From positions 89,220,001 through 89,284,000 of the forward strand of contig CM052816.1 of NCBI GenBank assembly GCA_028534125.1: a stretch of DNA of 64,000 nt, written 5' to 3'. The notes beneath the pieces were generated by a model that was not told the origin of the DNA, made no database searches, and saw only the letters and a list, made by a program, of their open reading frames with translations. The position numbers and the translations under genes are program-made. This document shows, in pieces, positions 1-13,023 of this stretch. Source of the DNA: Lama glama. Taxonomy: Eukaryota. Positions within the stretch are counted from its first letter, which is position 1. Every line of letters begins with the position of its first letter.

Positions 1-849
1 TGTTCTCACTGCGTACAAACATCAATGCATTTGTATCAATAGTTTCTAGTACTGAGGGAAAAAAAACACCTTGGTGAGCAGCATATTTAGTCAAATCCTC
101 TTTCAATAATATTTGTTTTCAATATTTGGATGCAATTTAATTTGGTGTAAGTGTCTTTGGAACGCAGCCACTGAAAGCCATGGGGGTTCTTTGCAAGTAA
201 TCTGGAGTGAAGTGAAGCTTTTGTCCTTGTTACCGTGTTTGGATATTGCTTGAGCTTCTCCATGGCAATAAATCATGCAGCGTAGGGCCTGGCATGCTGT
301 GTTTTTAGGAGCTCTGCACAATCAAAGAGCAAGTTGTGTAAATAAATAGATTTATCTCAAATAAACACAATAAAATAGAATGGGTTTAATAAACATGAAA
401 TCTCTCATAGGCTCAGTAGCCAAATTCTATGTCGAAAGGCTCAGAATCAGAATAAAGCAGAATTTAGAAAAGGCATGTTATCTCTTGGGTCAGAGACAGA
501 GTAGAGGCTTGCGACTTGTTTACGAGCTTAATAAATATATGTATCATACACGTTGTTCAGTATTCTTAGGGATACATTGAGACTCAGTTTCTCAAGTGCT
601 TCTTTATCCATGTCAGATTTTTTTTATATATATAGTCTTGACAAAATTTCATTCCTTCATTAGAAGGCAGCTAACCTGCAGTGGCATTCACCAAAATGTG
701 TTTTTACTAAAATAATATGTATCAATAATTTTTCTTATATCTATGTGTTCATACTTTGTTTCAGACTCATATATCTTTAATATTAAAGACAATATTTTAT
801 GTTATTAATATTGCTAAGGTATGGGCTGCATTTATACATTTAAAGAGTC

Positions 850-1603
850 CGTATAGGTTAAGAGTTTAGTATCTAGAGTCAGAGACTTCCCAAGTTGAAC
901 TCAGTTCTTCACCAAGCCCTTCCCACAGATGGGCGCCCAGTGTTGGGCGAGTTACTTAGTCTTTTCTATAAGGTGAGGACAAGAGTCAAAACTACCTTAT
1001 AGCGTCTGCTGAGGATGAATCAAGTTATTACACATAAACTTCTTAGCATGCTACCTGGAACATACTTGGGGAAAGAACTCTTTGACTCGTGTATGTTTCT
1101 GCACATCTTGTGAGCAAGAAAGCACTGATATCTGTATATAAACCATAGATCAGAGACAGATAGACCATAGATCATAAAGATCGGATCTCTCTTTAAGGAA
1201 GAGTAAAGATTTATTTCCTGAGCAGTGTAATAAAGATAATGTCTCCATGCTGGGGTAAGATTGAGCGTGTCTACTAAGAGCCAGCTTTTAAAGATTGGGG
1301 TTTTCTAAACTTGGGGTCCCTTAGGATGTGTATGCACGTGCAGCATACACAGGAGCTGGTTCACTGGTCCCCATGACACCCATGGGGCAAGGGGAACTAA
1401 TGTGAATATGAAGCTTACGCCACTTGCTGTGTTCAGAGTAATGATGCCCTTTGTCTCTGAGTTAGGGGTCCCATGTCATATGCCACCATTTATGAAAACT
1501 TGTAAGCAGGTTAACTTAACTTGGAAGCAGGGTAAAATCATAAACCCTTTGGTTATTGATTACACGATTAGCACTCAATAACCATTAGTAGCTGTTGTTA
1601 TTA
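850..1603 (+). mobile_element. MIR SINE, split by an LTR insertion (pieces ~850-1063 and ~1562-1603)
   Basis: Head-like 'ggttaagagtttagtatctagagtcaga', core 'gggcgagttacttag' and 'cttagcatgctacctggaaca'; the MIR tail 'tagcactcaataaccattagtagctgttgttatta' resumes after the LTR. Confidence 0.75.
1064..1561 (+). mobile_element. ERVL solo LTR, LTR40-like
   Basis: Start 'tgtttctgcacatcttgtgagcaagaaagcactga' and end 'gcagggtaaaatcataaaccctttggttattga' match the recalled LTR40 consensus termini; ~500 bp. Confidence 0.7.
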
Positions 1604-3689
1604 TATACTCTAGAGAAGTCAAAACACAAGAAATACTCGATATAAAACTCCCAATAGTGTGCCAAATGACAAACCATCCTGCAGCAATCAATTTAACTTT
1701 TTTTCCTTTTTTTAACGAATAAAACAATTTTTAGGTTAATCAGGGTATGGTCTAGCTACTTGGCCCCTTCATTTAAATATGGCCTTGCTTAGGCTTATGT
1801 TTTCTTTTTGGAAAGTAAAAGTTACTTTTATAACATTTTTTAAATAATTAACTTGATTCCTAGACATGAAAATTTGAAATCCTTGGGCATCGCTTCTCCA
1901 AAAGAAAAAGAAACCAACAAAAGTACCAAAAACAGTAAATAAAATTTGGAAATTGAATCATTGGTTTTCATTTTGGTAGCAAAAGAAAACCTCATGCTAT
2001 ACCAAATCTTTTGTAGACTCATTACATAGAAAATAAATTGAAGCAATAAAATCATACTTGAGAGAAAATTTTATTACCTATAATTCATAGTCATTCAATT
2101 AGAAAAATGAGACTGTTTTGATTGACATAAAAATTGAAAACTGAGGCTTATGAGCAAAAATGTTAGTCTTGTGTTAACTTCAGTCTCCAAAGTCTCCTTT
2201 TGCTTTGTTTTGCTTTGCTTTTTAAAATTGAGAAAATTGTAATTACAAAACAGAAGTAATTACCCGTAGTCAGCGTTTTAAGACCATACTTAGCAAACTC
2301 AGGATACAATTAAAGGGGGATGGTTGAAGCAGCTCTACTCCGAGGTCAGCACAAAAGTAAGTTAACTGGAATTAATTCACAGTGAATCAATGTTTGCCCA
2401 GGTATTAACTTAGTATAAACCATATTTGACATTTCATTTTTATTATAGCTTTAAAAATTATTTAAAATATCTTACGAATGACGTTAAGAGCAAAGATGTG
2501 AGTCCCTAAATCCCCTACAAGTCTTGGCAGGATGTGTTTTACACGGAGAGAGCCAGACAGAGAGAGCATATGGGACGTGTTCGAGGCGGATTCCCCTTGA
2601 GGAGTGTTGGATGTGCGTGCTTTTCGATTTTTTGATTCTGCTTCGGCCCCCACTTCTCTTCTGTCACCTCCTCTGTTTTCTTCTGCTCACCCAGCTGCCT
2701 TCATCTAAGTTATTTCTTTGCTTCCTATACTAAGGTGGATTTTAACCTTAAATTATTAGATGGTTCCTAACATCCAATCAAAATGCAATCTGCTGTAACT
2801 TGAAGAATATAAAAATAATGGGGAAATAGAAAATAATGCTAGGGGCTATTTTAAAAGTAGAGTAAACTCGAATAGGGAAAGAGAGGAGAGAACAGATGCT
2901 GGATTTTTGGTTTAGGGAAAAGAATCCGGTATCAAAAGCGCATACGTCTGGAGGCTTACCTCTCCTATAATCATTTCTCCTATCAATGAAGTGTGTTATT
3001 TTTTACTGTTTGTAAGTGTTATAAAATCATGATTGAAAAACCATTATACTTATAGCTTTATTCAGCGTAAGAAAGTTATGTTCCATATGATAAAATGTGA
3101 ACCAACTGGATAATGCCCCCAAGAAAATCATTGTTTTATTAGTCTCACTCTGAAGCATACTCTTCTTGCCTGTTCAGCACAGAACACAAGACTTAACAAT
3201 CCTGCGTCTCCCTGGGAGCTGGTGTGGCCCTTGATCTGCAGCCACTTTTGCACAGGAGGTGAACAACAGCTTCAGGCACTTGTCAGGAGTCTAAGGTCTG
3301 TAGTCTACATGTGAAGCTTTCACGAGCTGTCCTTTTGAGAAGAGAACATTCTGATACAATGGAGAATCCTTTAAGCATGCTTCAGATGGATAAAGGGTTT
3401 TGAGCACGATATTGAGGGCTTTACAAATAACTGCACTGTCAGCTTATATACTATCCAGTTCAGTTCACTGGCCTGAGTTAGAGATATGAGATGAGGATGA
3501 AAAGACTATCCAGCTTTTTCATAACTGGTCTATGAGGATGTCTTCTTATGTTTTCATTAGGCTCCAGAATCTAGAATCATCAGCTCTGCATTTTTTTCTC
3601 CTATATGTGTGAAGTTGGAATTTCAGTAACAAAGGGAAAGTGGACTCAACTCACATATAAGAAACTAAGATGTTTACGACAGAGAACGT

Positions 3690-4075
3690 TTTTAGGTATC
3701 TACTGATGTGTAACAAAACAACCCATGCTTATTGGTGTAAGGCGACAACCATTGTTGTTATGTCCACAGTTTCTGTGGTCAGGAAGTCAGAGCTGAGACA
3801 ATGTGAAGGCTGGGTTCATCGGGGTCTGTTAGTTGGAATGCCGGTACATGGCCTTGTCATGTGACTTGGGCCACCTTGCATCACAGGAGTCCCAGGACTT
3901 ACATCAAAGGGCTCAAAGAGCAGAGAGGAAGCTGCGTATTAGACGTCCCAGAACTAGACTTGTAAGTCACCTTCTCTGTGCACTGTGGCTCAAAGCAGCC
4001 GCAGTCTACCCAGAGCCAAGTAGAGGGTACTTTACTATTAAAGGACTGCTATAGAATTCATATTAAAACTGCCAC
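3690..4075 (-). mobile_element. MaLR LTR (MLT1 family, old subfamily)
   Basis: 'tactgatgtgtaacaaaacaaccc...acaaccattgttgttatgtccacagtttctgtggtcaggaa' is the typical MLT1 antisense start; ends 'aaaactgccac'. Confidence 0.7.
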
Positions 4076-4663
4076 TAAATCTATGTGTAAAAAAAAAAAA
4101 ATTGCAAAGGGGTAGTTTACCAATGGCTTAAAAATATAGCAATCTGGAATTTACTTGGGTAAATCAATTTTCTCTCCTTCCCCTAAAAATAGCTCACGAT
4201 GCAGAAGCATCTTGAACATTTTTAATGCTACAAAGAAAAAGACATATAATGCTTATTTTTTTGCTTCCTTAATAATTATTCATGTATTCATCAGGAGAAT
4301 AATGGTAAAATAAATGTTTCAAAGGCTAGTAAAATTAAACACAGAGAGTTTAAAGAGTTTAAACAAATTTCCCAAGATGAAAGGACTATTCCCAGGTAGA
4401 GAAGTAAGATTAAAAGTAAATTCACCAAAGTAGAACAGAGCCTCTCAGTGATTTTACATTTTTTCGTCACAAGTCAACAAGGATCTGTTAACAACAAAGG
4501 GAGGAGGGTTGTTTTTTTTTTTAATGTCAAAAACTTAGATCTGACAGGATCAAAGATATAATATCAAGCTACATGATAGCATCTGATGCTCATGACAGGC
4601 TTAATGTCCCATAATAGCCACAAAATTCTTTAACTGAAAAAAAGTTCGATGCTTCTGTATTTA

Positions 4664-4951
4664 GCATTTGTGAACATTTCGATCATTTTTAAAAGCACCA
4701 TTTTGTAGTAATTTCAAGCTCATTTAACCATATCACAACTTGATGGAAAGAAATATTAATGCTGCTCTGGTAGACCGAGCTAAAGCAAAACACATCTGAA
4801 ATATGAATAGAACAAGAAATGTTTTTTGTTTATTCTCCCCTATTGAACTATTTCCTTGGCAGTTTTATATTAGACAAATGAGATTAATTACTCTGGAAGA
4901 AAAGAAAAAACACTCTCTCCTTGCAAAGTGTGATTGCTTGTAACAATTCAA
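4664..4951 (+). repeat. Diverged direct repeat, copy 1 (paired with 8581-8851); family unknown
   Basis: Colinear shared blocks: gcatttgtgaac (exact), tatca..aact..aaagaaat..taat, ctggta..taaag, gattgctt..aacaat.tcaa. Confidence 0.55.
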
Positions 4952-5100
4952 TGAGAGAAAAATGATTCATCTACTGTGTTAATTTACCAATACTCACCAT
5001 CTTCCAACCCTATTACCTTCACAAGTCTGGAAGTGATCTTTATTGATATTATCTTTCTCCTTAATAACAAGAGATTAATATGATACAGATTTACTCTAGC

Positions 5101-5236
5101 CAGTGGTTTTTAAATGTTTGGGTTTCAGGACCTTTTTATATTTCTAAAAATTGTTGAAGTCTCTGAAGAGCCTTTCTTTGTATGGACTTACTCTGTTGCT
5201 ATGTATTGTATTAAAAGTTAAAACTGAGGATTTTTT
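5101..5236. mobile_element. hAT-Charlie DNA transposon end (Charlie1/MER119-type fragment)
   Basis: 'cagtggtttttaaatgtttgggtttcaggacctttt...gaagagcctttctttgtatgg...aaaactgaggatttt' matches the Charlie1/MER119 terminus; same family as 34212-34698. Confidence 0.75.
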
Positions 5237-5237
5237 A

Positions 5238-5395
5238 AAATTTTAATTTTTAAGACCTTTTTTGGGGGGAGAGGAGGTGTAATTAGTTTAGTTAGTTAAT
5301 TAAGTTAGTTAGTTTTAATGGAGGTAGTCGGGGTTGAACCTGGGACCTTGCACATGCTAAGCATGTGCTCTACCACTGAGTTTTACCCTACCTCC
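5238..5395 (-). mobile_element. Camelid tRNA-Ala-derived SINE (vic-1 type) with TSD
   Basis: Minus strand GGGTAAAACTCAGTGGTAGAGCACATGCTTAGCATGTGCAAGGTCCCAGGTTCAACCCCGACTACCTCCATTAAAA with A/B-box-like motifs and (TAAC)n-like/A-rich tail; flanked by aaaactgagga(t/a)ttttta at 5220-5237 and 5396-5413 (17/18 identical). Confidence 0.9.
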
Positions 5396-5419
5396 AAAAC
5401 TGAGGAATTTTTATATGAG

Positions 5420-6240
5420 AATTTTTCTCTTCACGGTTTACTACCAACGTAGTTTTTAAAAATTATCTTTGCCAATTTAATAAGTGAAATGTCTGCCGTG
5501 GTTTTAATTTTGAATTTTTCTAATAATGCCTGAGGCTCCACATCTCTTCATAAGATTTTACATTTCTTTTGTGGTGAAATCTTTATATTCTTTGCACAAT
5601 TTTATATCGAGTTTTGAATTTTTCCTGTTTTTTTTTTTTTTTAGGAATTTTATGTTTTAAGATAGTTAGCAATTTGTCCGTGGGATGAACTGCAGATATT
5701 TCTCTAGTTTATGTTTTTACTTTGACTTTATTTTGTTATTGTTGCTTTTTATACATATTTATTTTCTATATACTTGGATTTATCCATATTTTCATTTGTG
5801 TTTTCCCATTTAAAATTATTGTTTTTTTAATTTTTTAACATTTTTTATTGATTTATAATCATTTTACAATGTTGTGTCAAATTCCAATGTAGAGCACAAT
5901 TTTTCAGTTATACATGAACATATATATATATATTCATTGTCACATTTTTTTCTCTGTGAGTTAGTATGTTATTTTTTACTTCAAGCCACCAAAGTTTCTC
6001 CTGTTGGTTTTTCAAGCATATCTTTTATGTATGTCTAAATTTCCAGTCTCTCCAGAATTTATTTTTGTATCATTTTTGAGGTAGTAACCTTATTTTTCCA
6101 TGACTAACCAGTTGTCACAACACCATTTTGAAATGATTTATATTTTCCCCTTTGCTTTGAAATGATATTTTTGTCTTGCACGAAATCCCCCTATGGTTGT
6201 GTATGTATATGTTTGCTTTGTTCTCTGCCCCTTAATTTCA
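5420..6240 (-). mobile_element. Old, highly decayed L1M fragment (interrupted by a young L1 3' end)
   Basis: Antisense L1 ORF2-end motifs 'tttgccaatttaataagtgaaat...gtggttttaattt' and 'aaccagttgtcacaacaccatttt'. Confidence 0.65.
5822..5960 (-). mobile_element. Young camelid-type L1, 5'-truncated 3' end (~140 bp)
   Basis: 'ttttttaacattttttattgatttataatcattttacaatgttgtgtcaaattcc...cattgtcacattttt' closely matches the copies at 13024 and 13192. Confidence 0.85.
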
Positions 6241-8580
6241 AAGATGAGAAAGTATAGTTATATATCTTGTCTGATATGTATTATTTTATAAAGATTAACT
6301 TTTGTGAATCTTCTCTGGACAAATGGTGATTTTAGAGGAGTCAATGGTAGTGACAGCAGTGATATTAACTGTACAGCTGGTATCAAAACTGGTGCCTCTT
6401 AATATCCATCTGTAACCCGCACTTGTTTACTACATGGTACTCAAAGAATTGTCATCTCTTTCTATTACTGCTTATTCAAAATGACTTAAATTAAATGATT
6501 AATTTGCTTGTAATTTCTTGATAATATAAATTATCTAATGTGTATCAAAGGTGAAATAGGATTTTTTGTATGATATTTTGAATTATAACTTTCAAATTTA
6601 AAAAATAGCAAGATACTAACCAGAGAGTTTTGGTATGGTACTGCAAATATAGTATAGAAAATATTTTCTGATGTTGTGTCTGCAGCTACTTTAAAATGAG
6701 CTTTGAGAGATAAACTAGAACCATAAAGTGATCTACTAATGCAGAATTTGCCATTTCTTAGGCCTCTTATTCCCTATAATATTGTAATGACTGTTCACTG
6801 AATGTAATGGAAAAAGGAAGATAATTAACCTAGAGGTACTTTAATATGATTGGTCTTTAATAAGCCTTTTTCTTCTTTCACTTTTTTGTTTATTTGTTTC
6901 CATTTGTGTGTTGGAAAACATAACACAGAAAACTGGTTATAAGTTAATACATTGTAATGATCTCTTATTTTTATATTCAGACCACCATTTTTTTTGCCCA
7001 TCAGAACTTCAATCATGTATTTAAAGTAGACATGAGTGTCTTGCCTTCCATCAAACCATTTAACATCTACAAAAATTTAAAGAGGATAACTTGTCTACCA
7101 CCACAGACATAAACTTAATTTTAACTTTAAATAATGCTTTTGAGATATTTTTAAAGTTTTTCAAGGGATGCCCTGATTTTGATAAAGTAGTTATAAAAAT
7201 ATGAAAACTTCTGACCTCATTTACTAATCATAAAATTTGTTTGTTATCTATATTATTTTAGCTGATTTTTGTTAGAGGACACAGTGCAGCTAGCTATTAA
7301 TGTACTACTGAACAAATGTGCTTTCCATAAGTCTTGGTATATTAGGGTAAGACTTAAGCACATGTCATGATAGATTATGCTGATTAACTTACAGAGAAAT
7401 TATTGTGGCATATCGTATGTTCCCTGAATTCATCCCAAGGTTTTATGTAAGATAACAGGGTTTTAAAGCCTTATCTCGTATGTAGGCAATAAATAATTAA
7501 CTGAGATGATAGAGTGCAATAATATATAACCAGAAAATACTTACTCATTCTTTAAGGGTAAATGTGGATTCACTTTATCTTGGAGTCTATCAACTATCAA
7601 ATTATTGTCATATTGGAAGTTATTTACTTTCTGAAGTCATCCCATTTAAAATCAGAGTCAAACTGATACCAACATACTTTGACAGAATATCTTTACACTT
7701 TTGGACATATAAGTTTTCATCACTACACACAATTCTCCTTATCTCAAAGATGATACGAGAACATGAAGGTGCACATCGTAGAGAACTATGATACTGCTCA
7801 CTTCCCTGTACAATTCCAAGCTTCTGAAGGAAGCTCTCACTAGTCTCTTTCTTTCACATTTTACTTCTCTTTCAACTACTCAAGGATGAATATCTATTAG
7901 TACTCGACCTTCATAGAGGCTTCACCCAAATTTGTTGAGTTGCATCAAAGAGCTAAATAATAAAAATGGAATTTTGATCACAGAATGTAATGCATTATAG
8001 TTCAGCACATATTTTTAGATTATCAACCTTTATACTCTTTCAGATAAATAGGAAATGTGACAATAAATAATGTAGGGCCCTTCCTTCCAAGAACTTATAA
8101 TACTAAATTCTTGCCTTAATATGGTTTGTGCGGATGTGCATCTGTATCCATTAGCTTTTGTTGACTCATGAGAGATAAACTGAGTGAATATCACTTCATG
8201 AAAGAAGTTGTACCTCAAGACATTTTCCAAGTCTCAGGGCCATTAAGTGGTGACACAAAAATGCGAAACTAAGCTTTTTCAATCTTAATCTAGTCTTTTC
8301 TATTCTTCTAGACTAGCTCACAGTTAGGAAGCTGGGTCCTCCAGTTGCTTACCGTAGTTTAAAACTTCAGGATTATAATTCTAAAAAAAAATGTGTATAT
8401 GATTTTTAAATACTCACTGCAAGAAAAAAGAAATTAAAAAAAATGAGAAGGAAAAAAAGCCCAGAATTTAACACAAGATTGCCTGTTTTTTAAAGCATAG
8501 AGAAGTGGATTCCAGTCACTGTATATCAAAGGTTTTTTGTTTTGTTTTGTTTTTTGTTTGTTTGTTTTTTAATCCTCAGT

Positions 8581-8851
8581 GCATTTGTGAACTTAAAAAA
8601 AAATGCAATGATGATTTTTAAATGTCACCATGAATCAGTTGTATCAAACTGAAAAAGAAATGTAATCACGGGCCTGGTAAAATGAAGTTAAAGTGCAGAC
8701 ATAATATATGTTGGGTTCAGTCATGCAGCTGATAGTTTCTCAAAATAATTTGGGGATATTTTAAAGAAATGTGGATTGCAATTGCACTGATCATTAAATA
8801 TGCTATTTTAATGAAATATCCATAAAAGATTGCTTATAGGAACAATGTCAA
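8581..8851 (+). repeat. Diverged direct repeat, copy 2 (paired with 4664-4951)
   Basis: Same colinear blocks at offsets of 3917, 3907 and 3896 bp from copy 1. Confidence 0.55.
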
Positions 8852-9099
8852 CTTGATTAACAGGTGCATGGTGCACAGCCTCTGTACTTGGCCTTGGCTG
8901 TGAGAAACAGAATTCTTAAGAGCAAGTTCTGTTGAAACCGTGTATATAAGATATCCAAGTTAAATAGTGTTGCTAGGTTTATCTTATATATTGAATGACA
9001 AGATAAAAAAATCAAGTGCCCTTCATAGACTTGAATGATTGAAAGAACTTAACAAAAGTAAAACTAGGTAAGAATAAATGAATCTGGATTAAAAACAAC

Positions 9100-9790
9100 A
9101 ACGACTACCGTGTGTCTACAGAGCTTCAGAGACTATTTCAGGGACTTGGACTCCATTGGTGGCATATAGGAACAGCTGTCTCTGCTTTTGTGAACTATGG
9201 ATCTTCTCTTCTACATGGGAGACACAGAAAATGAACAATAAGCATACCATGCACTATCTTGGAAGTGATAGATAGCACATAGGGGAAATGTAGAGAAGAG
9301 TAAGGGAGATGAAGATTGGTCCAAGGGCAACTATGGAGCTGCCGGCTGCGGAATTAAATACCAGAGTGGAGGGGTATCTCACTGAGAAGATAGCGACTGA
9401 GCAAGAAGTTGGACAGGAGGAAGAACTAATCCATGTGGATCTTTGAAAGAAAAGTTTCCCAACAGAGAAATAGCTAGAGTAGGACTTAAGGGAAGGGACA
9501 TAGATCTGGTGAGCCCCTGGACGTGCAAGGAGGCGTGCGTGGGGGGGATGAAGTGTATGGCAGGTATTGTAGCAAGACGGGAGGTCAGAGAAGACTCTGG
9601 AGCTCAGATCCTGTAGTGGCCTGTGGGCCACCATGGAGGACTTTTGGCTTCTGATGGTTTTCAGCTAAAGAGTGATCTGGGCTGCTTTAAAGGGATCCCT
9701 GTAGCTGCCATGCCAAGATGAGTTAGAACCGGAGACAGTGGAAGCAGGGAAATTAGAAAGCTACTGGGTAGTGGAGAGAGAGATTAGTTA
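9100..9790 (-). mobile_element. LINE-2 3' region
   Basis: Purine-rich antisense L2 motifs: 'ctcactgagaagatagcgactgagcaaga', 'gaggtcagagaag...cagatcctgtagtggcctgtgggccaccatggaggacttttggctt', 'gaagcagggaaattagaaagctactg'. Confidence 0.8.
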
Positions 9791-12700
9791 AGGCACACTC
9801 CCTTCAATAAGTTGGCCTGAGAAACTTGAAGGATTTAACACAGCCACATCCTTAAGTCATTCAGGGGTTTAACATGAGGGAAAGAGTAATTTATAGAGTA
9901 AAATCAAGCCATTTTATTACTTGTAAGCTTAATGCAAGTCAAAACCAAAAATTCTGTTAGTAGATGAAATAGAGAATAGGTGTTTACTGAGCCCTAACTA
10001 CCATCCAGGCTTTGGACCAAGCAATCCAACAAAATCTGCTTTGATTAAAAATAGTGCCAATGAGAAAAAAACAGTCATAAAAAATTAAAAGAAAAAAATA
10101 TATATACATACATATATATAAACATATGGATAGATACGTGTATACATATGGATGAAATGTTAACGGTGTTAAAACAGTTGAAATGGTATCATTTGAATTT
10201 TTTTCTTGGGGGGAAGTAATATTGTCTCTGAAAGGGTGGATGTTATGGAAGGCAGACCTAGGATACCTAAAAGTGCAGTCCGATGGAAATGGCCGAGGCT
10301 GCATGGGTAAATAATGAAAATTTGAAGTGGGCCTATCAAATATTAAGTGCCAGTTTAGGGATGTAACATGGAGGATAAATTGTTTGAAAAAGAGTTTGTA
10401 CTGTGTTTCTAAGGTTGTTTCCATCACTGGTACTCAATGATTTGTAAATTCTTTGACTATAGGAATTTGGAAAATAATCTGAGAACTCATGGTCAATCTT
10501 TTTCAAATTAAAGTTTCACACAGATCAGCCTTGATCCCCCTTTTGTCCTTGGCACAAATTAGCCAGCCTCTGCCTGAGGTGAGAGGCTGAGACCCTCACC
10601 CAGCCACCTCGAATCTCACTTTGCCATTGACAACCACGATCAGACCTGTGAAGCATTCTCTTTGCCAGTTCTCCTAGGAAATGACCCATCATTAAGAAAG
10701 ATTAAAGCTTCCAACTCCAATTCTGACAAATGGTGTCATTTTCTAAAGAAGACTGCAGTGTTTACCGCTTGAGAGTTCCAGGGACAAAGCTTGGGAAACA
10801 AAAAGGGCTAAAAGTAAGGGCAATATCTTGGATGATTTGAGCTTCTGAAAAGGTCAAATTTAATTGCTGAAAAGGAAAGAGGGGGCAACTGAAGAAGATC
10901 TTGGGCAGAAAAGTAGAAGCAGAGCAGCTTAGGGTCTCAGATTCTGCAGGAGAAAGAATTCAAAATTCTAATGAGAGAGGGATGGAGGTATAGAAAAGAG
11001 AGACAATTGAGAAATGATGAGAACGATCAGTGGAAGACACAGTATTTTTCAAAAGAAAATAAATCAAGGACTCTCTAAAGGGACTAGGAATTCAAAGGCA
11101 GATTTGGGCAAAAATGCCACTTTTTACTTTTTCCTTAAAAGAAAGCAGTATGTTTTAGAGTAACATCAAAGCTCTCCTGCACCACTGGTTTTCTAAAAGG
11201 ATGTTTACTGTCCTTCTATAAGCACCCTCTTTCCTTACGGGACTTTCTTATACAGATCATACAAGTGATTTTTATTACTTTTTCAGATAGGAAAAAAAAA
11301 GCAATTAAGAATGTAGTAGGAAAGACTAGTTTCAACAATACTACCATGAAAAAATTAAGTGACCATCTTCAACTACTATATTACTCATTTTTGGAAAATA
11401 TGATTGTGTTTGTTTTGTGAGTGTTTCCTTCAAGAGGCGTTGACTCTAGTGATTATAGAATATTGCCTTGCTATTTGTATTATTTCTTGTGGTGATTCCT
11501 GAACCCTAAAGAATCCAGTATTTCCGTGTGCTCAACTAAGCATAGCATTCCAACTGCTTTTGTTGTTTCTGACACTCTCCACTCTCTTAACCAGCTAGCC
11601 ATTTACATTCTGTACTGCTATTAGCAACAACAATCACACAAAAAATGCCAAAAGATTTACTAGTGTGGTGTGTACATATTTAGATTGATGGCTACATCTA
11701 AATATGAAAAGGAGCAAACATGTGACTACCTGACCTATAATGTCATGCTAATTACATTTTTTTTTTTACAGGGAAATAGGGGCTTCACATAATTGGGCAG
11801 AGTATATAATTTTATACAAACGATTTAAGCCCAGACATTTTATATTACTCTAAAACTATAAAATTATATCATATTATTTCTTTCTTCCCCACTGACTATA
11901 TAATTTCATACTATTTTGCATCTGTTTTGAACCAGTTTAGTTGTCTGTTTGGTTCCCTCATTTCTGAGTTGAGTAAATTTTGACACAAGTTAGCAATCTA
12001 TTATATGATAGAGGTGTTCTCACTATTTTGAGCATTAGATTTTGACAGGAACAACCAGAATTAAATTGTCCAGAAATTAAATGGTCATTTCTGACCCTAC
12101 TCCTTCCAGTAGTTATGCAGGTAGTTTTGTTTTTTTCCTGTCCCTTCATCATCCTTCTCATCCTCTAAATTTGCAAACTTCTAGTCTAATTCGGGAGTAA
12201 GGGGGAGCCATCAAGATGGCAAAGTTTCCTTGTATGAGGATGGGAAAAACTGAATAGGTCACGTCAGATGCTTTGGAGCGTTTCAGATTTATGGCCTGTG
12301 CTGTGTCCTCTGTTTAAGGTCAGCATCACTTTCTTTTCTCTTTAGGATGGACCACATGTCTAATCTATTCATGTATAAATACCTCTGAAGAATTACTTTC
12401 TGATCTTACAGGCACCTATTCTTAACTTCCTCAATCTTCTTGCTCTGCTGTTGACACCATTTCTCTAATTTTAGAGCCAATTTTCCAACATGGAAGAAAA
12501 AGTTGGTCTGTTTTGTTTTGTGTAATGACCACCAGTCCAGGCAAAGTCAAGGTCACCGAACATTCAAAACCCTGGGAACTCATCTGCATTTTTAATAAAA
12601 ATCTCTTTCTAAGTCTCTTCTGTTACAAGTTTAATCTCTTTCCCTCTTTTTCTTTCTCTTCCTCCCTGCCTCCCTCCCTCTCTCTAATTCCTTCTCAAAA

Positions 12701-13023
12701 ACATAAGAACAACAATTATTGCAATGGATAAATTTTTACTTTTTCTCTTCCTAGAATCAGAAATTTCATAAGGAGAGGAGAATGACAAGCATTACATTTC
12801 CTTTAATATTATCATTTCACTTAAATTATTCATATTTTTGCGTATCCTTGTAATAGTGACTAATATAATGGGAGCCCGATTCTCTCCTACTATAAAATAC
12901 GAGTATCTTGCATAAACATTCCAGACACAATTTCTGCTTTTTAAAACATCAATACCTCTTTTCTGTCATTTTTCTCAATTCCTTCTTTCTTCCTATAGTG
13001 ATGGGCAAGAGGTTGATTTTCAG

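Noticed and set aside
1840..2055. Minus-strand ORF with signal-peptide-like stretch (FYLLFLVLLLVSFSFGEA)
   Set aside because: Hydrophobicity follows from T-rich low complexity; stop 16 codons later, no donor site, no recognisable mature peptide.
5318..5395. tRNA-Ala-like sequence
   Set aside because: Acceptor stem not intact; has a SINE tail and TSD, so it is a SINE rather than a tRNA gene.
11675..11706. Perfect 11-bp inverted repeat catatttagat...atctaaatatg
   Set aside because: About one such stem is expected by chance in 64 kb of AT-rich DNA; too short for a pre-miRNA.
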